Part shown: positions 39,740 to 50,354 of the stretch, piece after piece | How the letters are laid out: every line of letters starts with the position of its first letter | How positions within the stretch are numbered: position 1 is the first letter of the stretch | NCBI RefSeq assembly: GCF_030684315.1 | Contig: NC_081354.1 | Location: forward strand, 64,392,321 to 64,456,320 | DNA from: Stegostoma tigrinum | Taxonomy: Eukaryota | Direction of reading: 5' to 3' | DNA: 64,000 bases | Translations under genes and position numbers: made by a program | The notes under the pieces: model-generated | The model's input: the letters and a program-made list of their open reading frames with translations, nothing else | The model's database searches: none | Told to the model about the DNA's origin: nothing

Positions 39740-39769
39740 CTGATGAAGGGTCCAGGCCCGAAACGTCAG
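39740..39769 (+). ncRNA. Minimal type-I hammerhead-ribozyme-like motif in the PLE 3' end
   Basis: CTGATGA-A-[gggt ccag gccc hairpin]-GAAA-C-GTC contains the CUGANGA and GAAA boxes, stem II and a GUC cleavage triplet. Minimal hammerheads are an established feature of PLE termini. Stem I is very short and activity is untested. Confidence 0.7.
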
Positions 39770-41637
39770 CTTTTGTGCTCCTGAGATGCTGCTTGGCCTG
39801 CTGTGTTCATCCAGCCTCACATTTTATTATCTCTATTCTTTCTCTAATTGTTTTCTTGCCCTGAGTACACTCTCAAATTGCTTTTAATTTTCTTTAATGT
39901 TACCCACTCATGTCCTCTCTTTCTCAATTTCTTCTTTCAGCAACCCATGACCTTTCTAAACTGCTTTAGGACAATCACTGTTTTAAACCTTTTGGATATA
40001 TCATAACTTCTTTTTTCGTTATCTTATTCTGTACATTCCTTGGCACCCTGGATTATTTGGTTTTAATGGTCCCACCCTTCAATTTTACAGGAACATCTTA
40101 GCCCTGCACACCCACTTTCACCTCTTTAAATGTCTCCCATTGCTCTGTGGATTTTACACCAAGTGGTTGCTCCCAGTCCACTTTGGCCAGATCCTGCCTT
40201 GTCTCATTGAAATAATCTTCCCCCAATTCAGGACCTTTGTGGTTCATTTTTGGCCTTTTCCAAAATTACTTTAAAACTTAGGGTCACTGTTTGGTATACT
40301 TAGCTTTTTGCAGGATTGCATCTGCTTCCTCAGCACTTCACTTTGGCATTGACTGTGTGATGACCATCTTGTCCCACTTCTTCCTGAGCATTTTCTCGAA
40401 GACTTCCTAGACTGCTTCAGTGTGGCCCTTCTCTTTTCATCTCTACAAAGGCGTTCAGTGTGTTGCCTGAGTTCCTTGAAGCATGCTGTCTCCCAGGTCA
40501 TGCCGTTCTTAAACAGTTTTTCACTTCACAATGCCTAATACAAGGACATCTACTATCGGTTGTAGCCACTATGCTCCTTCGCTTAGGAGATGCAGGCTGG
40601 CGTGAAGTAATGCTAACTAGTGATTAAGCTGTGTTTGCCGCTCATGATTTAGACTACCTGCTGATGCCTGTAGCTGCAGAACAATACATTTAATGGTGAC
40701 TGTTCATTATAATACTTGACACAAAATCGGCGTTTTGCTGGCATCACGTTGCACCATCATTGGGTAATTGCACATCATGAGGTCTAAACTCACTTTTCGG
40801 GCAGTATCCAATTTAGCCCCCTGTGCAGAATCAATCCTATGATAATGTGAAAATATATGTCAAACATTTTGGAAATATGTAATTAAAACAGGTATTTTTG
40901 GAAACTTGCAGAAGGCATATTGGCATATAAAGAAAAAAATGGATGAGTTATCATGAAAGTCTGTGTGCAATATATTTCTGTTACATATTGATTTTATTTG
41001 TTTTGTATTTTACTGTCTCACATGCAATAACAGTTAGATAGATCAGACCCAGCAACTCCTAATGGCTTCCTTGTCAGTTTTAAAGTAACTTTGCAGGGGA
41101 AAAATACCTTTGTTTGAAAAGTAGCTTGTGCTGAAAGTATTTGATTATTCTGAATTGTCATGAAGTTATTCAGTCAAGCCACTAGTTTATCCTAATTTTA
41201 TTCTCCCGTTCAAGTATTCGTATGATTTTGGATAACTTCAGCTGTACTGTTTGAAGGACACGTATTTTGGGTGGACATTATTATAGTCAGACTGAAGTGA
41301 TTTTTTTTAAATTAACAGCAACATTTCTTCCAGTCCAAAGTGGCTGCCTGGCGTGGTGACACCTGTCTCGTGAACGGAGAATTCCATTTATCTGTATCAA
41401 AAATGATAAACAGTTTTAAAATACCAACGGATTAACTGTTGAAAAAAGAAGTTTAATGTAGTAGCCAGCTTTAGGCCAGGAGTTTGATGGACTTAGCTTG
41501 GTTTCCAGTGAGAGTTGCCTATTCTTGTTGTTCTGTACAAACTAATACTTACTGTTTACTGTTTCGAATTCCTGATTACAGTGTATTCCACAAGTGGAGT
41601 AAAGCACATGCTAATTGATGGTGTTTCTCTTTTACAG

Positions 41638-41739
41638 TCTGACAGCAATGCAAGCTTCCTCCGTGCTGCCAGAGCAGGGAATCTGGACAAAGTGCTTGAA
41701 TACCTCAAAGGAGGGATAGATATCAACACATCAAATCAG
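41638..41739 (+). CDS. ANK2: Ankyrin-2 coding exon ([34 protein letters not shown]), first ankyrin-repeat exon
   Basis: Polypyrimidine acceptor tttctcttttacag|TCT and donor CAG|gtgtgt. 102 nt, phase 0. The peptide is nearly identical to recalled vertebrate ANK2 [34 protein letters not shown]. Confidence 0.95.
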
Positions 41740-44700
41740 GTGTGTACTGTTATTAGCATTTTGGAATACTGTGATTTGTTACTGAAAATTCCTATGACTT
41801 GAGTAAAAATGTGTTAGAATTTTGCTGGGCTTTTATGGACATACAGTATTACATCTGCACAAAAGTGTGTTTCCACTGTTTGTAAAGTTCCAAGGAAATT
41901 TGCAGGCATCATCCTCTTTATAATACATAATTCACCATCCAGTCTTTCCTGTCGCCCCATTTCATTGCCCGTGTTTCATTGTGTAGGATTATGCGGTCTG
42001 TGTTGAAGCCAGCGTGCTTACTGTTAGCTATGAAGTAAATATGTTTTGCTAAGTATTCCAGGGATCTTTATAGTGAGAATGCCCACTCTGTTGCTGTATA
42101 GTTTGCTGCAACTGATTACAGGGTTCTTGTTTCCAGTGTGTGTCTAGAATTGTGTCAAAGCAGCCAAACACAAGCCCTCACCCCCTAAACTGATGCCTAA
42201 AACTGGCCAGGAAAGTAAATACAGTAAAAGAAAATGTCATCTTTTTTAACATCAAACAAATTGATGTACGTATTCAGCAAAAGTAGAAGCTAAATGACTG
42301 TGGAACAGTTTTTTAAAAAAAGCAAATTTAGAATAATTTAACTGATCATTTAACAGAATTGCATGATTCTAAATTTTTTTCATATAATTTCTGTTTATCA
42401 AAATGGATTAGTTACACTACCATTAAAAATTCAGTTATGCCTGATGAGCAAAGTGCAACTTTTTAAAGGAGATTCCAGTCAAGCGGTAAGAGCGAGAGAG
42501 TTCAAGTCCTCACTGGAGTGAGGTGGATGTTCAGTGGGGCCAAACAGTACAGACTGTATTGAGACAAAGTGCAGGATTAAAATCAATTGTCTCCTAACTT
42601 TAGGATTTTTTTTATATTTCTGGTTTACCTATGACATTATCCATAATTACCTTAAATCTTAGTTCGGCATTATTTGCACGTGCTCAGTATCTTGAAATTG
42701 CAATCAAAGTAATAAGGATGAATGCTGACATTTTACTGTCAACTCCTCCTGTCCATTGCAAAATCTAGCACAATCATTCATTAGTTGTGCATCTTTAGAT
42801 GTTTCCATTGCATTGTCACATTCAGTATGTTATATTCTAGTTCATCTAATCATTAAGTAGCTTGTGAACCTTAATTGCCGTCAAAATCATTTTGGAAATA
42901 ATGCGTCACTACTTCTGTGGCAGAAACAATAGAACATGAATTAATTTTGTTGCATGCTACTTGTTTATGTAGGTTTAGACATTTTGTTTTATTGTTGCAG
43001 TTAACCATTCACTTTGAGGTTCAGCAGTAATAAAGAAGGTTTGAAACACTGTATTTGCTGTCAGACTAGGCCACAAATGCACTATTACACAGTGTGTCTG
43101 AGCCAGTAAACTAGTGCGGATAAGGCACAGGTAAAAACAGATCTTAACTTCTGAATCTAGCAATGTAAAACCATTTCAGTTTAAATACATTCCCTTGTTT
43201 GCAGAAGTGGGAACAGGTTGTTTGCTAGTTGCAATATTATGCACAAGTTGTTTCTGTCTTGTGGAATCTGTCCCACATTCTCTGCTCTAAGCACAACCAT
43301 CTCCAGTCTCAATGTTCAAAGGACTTGATCTGTCATTCAGAGGGTTCACCGCAGATGACTCTAGAGATAATAGGCAATGTACTTTAATGTGTCAAGCCTT
43401 GTCTATCAGCTGGTGAACTTAATAACTATTTCTAAATTTTACCTTGGATACTAAGAAATATGTTATAATTTGTAATTATCATATCTTGTGACAAAAATTC
43501 AAATTTGTAAAGTTTGACCCTGTATACCAATCCAAAAGTGTAAACTAAATTCAAGAAATAATCAAGAATAGCATAAAAGTGAAGACACCAAATTCACAAC
43601 TTCACAAAAGTATTCACAATTGGGAACTTGGTGAGAAGTCTTCAAATTTGGTTTGATGGTTGTCGAGTAAAATTTGCACCTCTGGCATTGAACAGCTCCA
43701 CCAACAACATCATTTTTGCAGGTCCCTGGCAATGAAAATGCCAGTTGCTGGGGTAAAACAAAAATGAAAAGTTGATTTGCTGAGGAGCTCTCACCGCTGG
43801 TCACTTTTTCCAGAGAGAACCTGAAACCAGTGACAGCAACTTACACATCAGTGGTGTTATGGCGGTTGTTACGACTCCAGCTCATGGTATTATGAGATAA
43901 ATCAGATCCCAGGCAGAAACCTGACGTAATAGATCACATTTTGGTTTGCTTTGGTTTTAATAAAATGTCTCTTGCAGAAACATAAACATGCAATGTGGTA
44001 GATTTTACTTTCACAATGAAATCAAAGATTAGTAATAACACAAGTTGGGGAAAAAAATAAACCAAACACACTATTTTTGAATACCAATTGAAAAGTTTTA
44101 AATGCTCAGCAAGAGTATAATCCCATTACTCCCAAAATATTGCTACATAAATTGAAAAGAAACAAAACCACTTTTGTATAATTGGCAAAATACACCCCTG
44201 CCACCACACCAAAACCACCACTCTCACAACACTCACATCAGAGTCCTTATATTTCACACCTTAGTAGGTTTAAGTTACTTGTGACTTCAACTTTTAGACT
44301 GCAATTGCAGGTAACTTCCTACTGAAATTATTATACACCTGAGCTTCAATATGCTCAGCAATAAATAACCTCATTAGGATTTTATTCCAACATTTTTGGT
44401 CTGGAACTATCATTAATACACCTAATTTACCAAATATCTTTCCCTTCTCTGGAGCAGTGGTCTGTACAGCCATCCTATTCCAAGTTCTTCACTAGACTTC
44501 CCAAAACTCAAAGTCAAACTGAACCCAAAAGTATATGTTCACAAGTGATGGTGTTTCCCCAATGCTTAGAAAGGAAACAAGTTCCAGAAGTTACACTCAA
44601 ACCTTGTTGCCCCATTATTTACCTAACTGGGATGAAAAACTATCTAAGATAACAAATAAATCATTGATGGTGCTCAAAGACCCATCCATTTAAAAAAAAT

Positions 44701-44900
44701 CACAAAAATATCTACAAGTTAGCCATTGAAACTTCTGATATATAGAAACCTCAGAGATTACTAACTCAAAAACCAGAAACCCAAACTTACAATATAGCCA
44801 ATATCACGTGATTATAGTAGTTAAGGGATTAATTTTCAGCAATCTCACCCATGTGGGGGAATGTCTTCAATATCATACAGACCTGCACTGTCAGCAACTC

Positions 44901-45228
44901 GGGGGAGATAATGGGCTAGTGGAACTGTTATTGGACTGTGAATCCAGTGACCCAGTAATGTTCTGAGGACCTAGGTTCAAATCCAGCTATGTCAGATAGT
45001 AGAATGTAAATGTGACAAAAAAATCTGGAATTAAGAGTCTAATAATGATCGTTAGTCCATTGTCGATTGTTGGGAAAAACCCATCTGCTTCACGAATGTC
45101 CTTTCGGGAAGGAGACTGCCATCCATACCTGGTGTGGCCTACATGTGACAGCTGACCCACAGCAGTGGGGTTAGTTCTTAACTGCCCTGTGGGCAATAAA
45201 TGTTGGGCCTCATCCAACGAATGAATTT
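44901..45228 (+). mobile_element. SINE family B copy
   Basis: Same head, core and tail as the 28513 copy. Confidence 0.85.
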
Positions 45229-45959
45229 AAAAAATCCCAAAACACAGGGCAGTAGCAGCACAGTGAAAGATCGGAGCTACATCAGATTGTAAGGCATTTT
45301 GATGCCACTGGCAAAATATTGTCAAGCTGATCTGATGAATTCCTATAATAGAGGCTTGCCATAACTTGAGTACTTAATACAGAGTAGCCGTTCAGACTGA
45401 TAGTCTGCCAGCCAGTTTCCTGATAATGATGGCACCTCCCATGTGTACCCTGTACTCTTACATCTCCTTTATAGTTACACAACAGAGTTTGCCAGTCACC
45501 AAGCAGTGGGCCTTGCTGTTGGCATGACAATGTGCTTATGGAGCCCACTTGTATCTTTAATTGGATGGAAGTTCCACAGGCAGCTTCTTCATTGACCAGT
45601 TCTCTCAAGACTCCACCCTGAACTTCCACTACTGCAGTGAATGGACTCAGCACTCAAATCTAGCCATGATAAACTGAAAATTTTCAAATTTTGGAAGATT
45701 TGTTCCAAAATGTTGAGCTACTGCTTTGATATTCATGAATACTACATCTGTACGTTCCCTGCCATAAACATCCTGGAAGTGGATTTGTGGCTTGGGCAGG
45801 GTGTGCTCTCTACTGACTAGAAACTGAACTGTACAACCACATAAATGCTGTAAATATAAGAATAGGGCACAGCCTGGTTATTCTGTGTTGAATGCCTCAC
45901 TTTTTATCCTGTCCAGTAACGAGTCACAAATCAGAAGGAACACTGTCCACATTTTTATT

Positions 45960-46420
45960 ATTTCAACTGCGCCCATTCAGTTAGGAGACTTGAAACTATT
46001 CAGAGTAAACTAAATGACTTGTCTCCGCCCACCATCTTTGAATTCATTGCACTCTCAATGACACACTGTGGTTGCTGTGTGTACACTCTACAGGATTTTC
46101 CTGCAGCATTTTGCAAAGGTTGCTCCATCAGAATCCCAGATCTATGTCCTCTGCCACTAGAATGACTGGGCTAGCAGGTGTATCAATAGTAACTCTGTGG
46201 ATCTCATTTTCTTGACTTGGACATACATTCTCTAATGTATTTGAAAGTATTCAAGAGTCAACTAGTTATAGCACTTGGGGTTAATGGGATCAAAGGTTGT
46301 TGGGAGAAAGCAGCATTAGGCTATTGAGTTGGACAATCAGCCGTGATTGTGAAGAATGGTGGGTCAGGCTCAAATGGCCAAATGGCCGCCTCCTGCTCCT
46401 ATCTTCTGTGTTTCTATGTA
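45960..46420 (+). mobile_element. Decayed LINE 3' remnants (two abutting fragments)
   Basis: cacactgtggttgctgtgtgtacactctacaggat (TVVAVCTLYR-like), followed by a CR1-type end (gggatcaaaggttgttgggagaa...aatggccgcctcctgctcctat). Confidence 0.5.
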
Positions 46421-47183
46421 GATGCCTGCTTTTTTTGGTATACCTAGATATCATTTTTTTTGTTCAAATTGGCTGTACCTTGCTGCTGGATTGTTTCTAG
46501 TTACATGTGTGGCTAAGAGTTTTTTTGTATGCAGAATGAGGGATTTTCATTTTATGTCAGCTGCTCTGATTTTACTTCCTAACTGGTTTAACAGATTTTA
46601 AATGGATCAGCCGCCTGTCATCTGATCATTAAAGATACCCAGTTCCAATTTCATTGGTTGTAGAAAGTTATGTCTTAAGAGCAAACTCCCTTTTCAAAAC
46701 TGTATACAAAGAATTTTGAAAAATTAAATGAAAAGGTAGCTCAGGTTGTATCTTGAAATCCAGAGATTCACGTGATGATGTGGTTAGCTCTAATCAAGTT
46801 ATTTGGATTGCTATATTTTCCAATTAATATGTCTAGACAGAAGTACTGAAGTTTGTTTTCCTTACATACATTAACATATATTGTGCATAGTGTTTTAAGA
46901 GCTCAGCTTTCCAATTTGTCTACGGCTAAGGGGTTTAAGTAAAGCTCCAAATTAAACAGACTACATCTCTGAATATTGTTGATGGAAATGTTTGTTGATT
47001 ACTTCTTTTAAGCATGTAGATGAACCAGACAAGCTGTATACTTTCATAAATGATAATATGCAAAAGGATTCAAAACGTACACCATTCATCACATTAATTC
47101 ATCTGAATACAAGTAATCATATGTGTGTATGTTTTTCACTTGAAATGTAGTTCTACAATGGTATGTCTATTTTACTGTTACAG

Positions 47184-47282
47184 AATGGCCTCAATGCATT
47201 ACATCTGGCAGCAAAAGAAGGACATGTGGATCTTGTGCAGGAATTATTAGAGAGAGGTGCAGTTGTTGATTCATCGACAAAG
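47184..47282 (+). CDS. ANK2: Ankyrin-2 coding exon ([33 protein letters not shown])
   Basis: Acceptor ttttactgttacag|AAT and donor AAG|gtaata. 99 nt = one 33-aa ankyrin repeat, in frame with the previous exon. Not in the ORF track; read manually. Confidence 0.95.
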
Positions 47283-48351
47283 GTAATATCTGACTTCAAA
47301 TCCACTAAATAGAATGCTTCCTTAAATTATGCCATTATATTTGAAGAGTACAAGTAGATAGGAACGCCACACTCTTGTAGTCAGAATAAAATGGAGATCC
47401 TGAGGTCAACCAGCACAGGAAACCACATCCATATTTGTTATCTGTGTCACTATGGCTCTATCTTGTAATGTTGTGTTTCCTGCTTTGAAGCTTTGCACAT
47501 CATTTCATTAATATCACAACTTAACTTCTGAAGGCAGAGTTTCTGGTTTAAGCTAATTATTAGTGTAAACAGAGCATTGGAAAGGATTAATCAATCAAAA
47601 TCCTTTTCTCTGAATATGTTGGAGAAACGAAATGAAAGAATAAGTCTAATGCAAATTGACAGGGTAGAAGGATTGATTAAAAGATGTCCCTGGTTATTAT
47701 TAGAAGTTATTTCTTTTGGAACGTCTAACAAAGTAGCTCTGATGTGAGTCTTCAGTATTGCATTCCAGGATTTTCACTCAGTGATGCAGAAGGAATAATG
47801 ACGTGTGTGTGGTTGAGTGGATAAATGGGAAGATGTTTTGCTGGGTTGGTGGAGGTGATGCTGTAGTTGGGACAGGTCAAAGAGATGTTTGCTCAGTTGC
47901 AGCTTAAGCTTCCCAGCAATTTCAGGACTTTAGGTACTCTGCAGAGTCCTATTACGCGTCCCCTGACTTAGGTCCAGATTTTGATAATTTAGGTATCACC
48001 AGAATTTGACCAATGGTAATGTGAAATCACTTTAAATTGAGTTGGATAATTAGGGAGCTGAGATGATTCACGGGCAGTAGCACTGGTGCTAGGTAGGAGT
48101 GAGCTGTTCCGTTGGGTTGGGCTCCATTCGAACGAGGCTGAGACCAGAGCACTGGTGAGCCACATAGCTCCATTGGTAAATGGGGTTTTAAATGAGCAGA
48201 GGGCTGAGATGGCATTGGGATGATTCAGCAATGGATAAATTCAAGAGCATTTGAGAAATTTTGCAGTTGTGGCTTTGGTTAAAAATAGTAGAATAGATCA
48301 GAAAAGTTTTTAGTTTCAGTTTTGAGATTCTGTCGGCCTCCTGTCTATTAG

Positions 48352-49090
48352 ACCATAAGATGCGGGAGCAGAAATTAAGCCATTTAGCCCATTGAATCTG
48401 TTCTGCCATTCAGTCATGGTTGATAAGTTCCTCAACCCCATTCTCCCACTTTCTCCCCGTAATCCTTGATAATTCAGAACCTGTCTATCTCGGTCTTAAA
48501 TGTACTCAACGACCTGGCCTCCACAGTCTTCTGTGACAGTCAATTCCATCGTTTCACCACTCTCTGGCTGAAGAAGTTTTTCCTTATCTCCGTTCTAATA
48601 GTTCTTCCCTTTACTCTAAGGCTGTGTCCTTGGGTCCTTGGGTCCCAGTCTCTCCCACAAATGAAAACATCTTGCCAACATCCACTCTGTCTGGGCTATT
48701 CAGTATTCTGCAAGTTTCAATTAGATCCCACTCATCCTTCTAAATGCCAATGAGTATAGTCCCAGAGTCCTCAAATGTTCCTCATATGTTAAGCTTTTCT
48801 TTCCTGGGAACATTCTTGTGAATCTCCTCTGAACCTGCTCCAGGGCCAGGACATCCTTCTTGAAATTTAGGGTCCAGAACTGCACACAATACTCCAAATG
48901 TGGCCTGACCAGAGCCTTATAAAGCTTCAGTAGTGCAACCCTGCTTTTATATTCAAGTCCTCTCAAAATAATGCCAACCTTGCATTTGCCTTCCTGACTA
49001 CAGACTCAACCTGCAAGTTTACCTTGGGAGAATCCTGGACTAGAACTCTCAAGTCTCTCTGCACTTCAGACTTCTGAATTTTCTCCCCGT
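48352..49090 (-). mobile_element. CR1-group LINE 3' fragment
   Basis: ORF 48721-48966 (-) encodes LYKALVRPHLEYCVQFW...LEQVQRRFTRM. Confidence 0.92.
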
Positions 49091-49379
49091 TTCTGTCCTA
49101 GCCGCTCCAAACCATTTTTCCCTGAAAACTGTTTTTTTGTATGTACCATTACAGCTTTCCTATAATAACTTAAAGTTGATGAAGCCTCTTTTGCTTATCA
49201 AATTCCACAGAATAAATCTGTTCATGTAATCTGTCTCCCAAGTTTAAGCCTAGAAGGCCTTGGCTTTCTACCGTGCCCATCTAAGCCACCATAAATTTAA
49301 TGGGTACTTGGAGCTCCACACAAATCCTTGCTGCACATTTCAAGTCAGACCCTGCTAATTATAGGACACAGCCATTACC

Positions 49380-49966
49380 TTTACTTGTTGTCTCCTGATG
49401 CTAAGCCAATTACCTAACCAGGTCAATAGTTAGCCTTAAATTCCAGCTTTCACATGCAAAAACAGTCTCTGACAGACTTATTCAAATGTCTTCTGGAAGT
49501 TCATATAAATTAGATGTTTGTACCTTACTCTGGCCACTGCTTTAGTCATATCCTAAAAAAAATCCATTTACAAATCTATGCTGGCTGTCTCTGCTCAGAT
49601 GAAAATTCTTAAGTGGTCTGACAGAATTGATCGTTGAAGATTGTTGCTTCTGGCTAGGGGAGTCGAGAACCTGGAGTCACAAGTCTCTGAATAAGAGGCT
49701 GACTGTTTAGGGCTGAGATGAGGAAAGGTTTATTCACTAAAGGGGTAATAGTTATTTTGCAAGTTACTACTTCTGGGCTGTGGGTGCTCAGTAATTGATT
49801 TTATTCAAAACAAAGATCAAGAGATTTTTGTATTCTCAGGGAATTGAGCAATATGGAAATCACAGGAAAGATTTCATTGATGTGAAAGATCAGCCATAAT
49901 CTTGTTGAATCACGGAACATGCTCAAAGGGTGGAATGATTGAGTCATGCTCATGTTTGTTATGGTT
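49380..49966. mobile_element. Adjacent degenerate CR1 fragments (antisense ~49380-49620, sense 3' end ~49630-49966)
   Basis: ggggagtcgagaacctggagtcac...gagatgaggaaaggtttattcact...gatcagccataatcttgttgaat in the sense part. Confidence 0.55.
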
Positions 49967-50255
49967 GTGCAATAAACAACATTAACATATTCAACAGCTG
50001 CATGCTATTATTTTCAAAAGTGGGCCAGTATCCAAGAGTTAGCCGTCTAAATGTTTTCTACTCAAAGAACCTCAGTTCTTTACTGCTGAATTTTACTGAA
50101 CCTGAATGTTAACAAGACCATTCTTAAAAAAATATTCTGTCTTCAGGAAATGCGTTCTTTTTCTTGGGTTTCTGTCTTTGCCTCTCTGTCCTGAAGGTGG
50201 AGGCTTGTCATAGGCTTTCTGACATTCTTTCTAATTATCTTGTCTCTCTTTCTAG

Positions 50256-50354
50256 AAAGGAAACTCAGCCCTTCACATTGCATCTCTGGCTGGACAAACC
50301 GAGGTGGTAAGAATTCTAGTGAAGCAGGGAGCCAATATCAACTCTCAATCCCAG
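50256..50354 (+). CDS. ANK2: Ankyrin-2 coding exon ([33 protein letters not shown])
   Basis: Acceptor tgtctctctttctag|AAA. 99 nt, matching ANK2 [33 protein letters not shown]. The donor at the expected position is CAG|gcaagt (GC-AG type). Confidence 0.93.

Larger units (their letters stand above)
36170..39830 (+). mobile_element. Near-full-length Penelope-like retroelement (Neptune-type; RT + Cys linker + GIY-YIG endonuclease)
   Basis: Perfect 16-bp TSD ctctattctttctcta (36154-36169 and 39831-39846). PLE RT motifs IKPADKGG, FYLLPKIHK..PGRPIVS, MDVQSLYT, GVAMGTRMGPSYA and YIDD (38285-38296). Linker CNRRKCYTC. Endonuclease NVVYCIHC..C...YIGET. Confidence 0.95.
34145..40300 (-). mobile_element. 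Old antisense CR1-group LINE hosting a SINE (34535-34853) and the Penelope-like element (36170-39830)
   Basis: Reverse-strand CR1 motifs at 34150-36150 (cagaactgcacacagtact; cttgtcaaaagcct; tcctcgaaaaaatcaat). Similar decayed sequence continues at 39847-40300. Confidence 0.7.

Noticed and set aside
36212-39820. Many overlapping Gly-rich antisense and Pro-rich alternative-frame ORFs
   Set aside because: These are by-products of the C-rich skew of the PLE, which has few stop codons in other frames.
41515-41802. 95-aa ORF as a stand-alone gene
   Set aside because: Only 41638-41739 is exon; the rest is intronic read-through.
43868-44810. A/C-rich block starting tgttacga, possibly a solo LTR
   Set aside because: No clear TG...CA termini with TSD and no second copy in the window.
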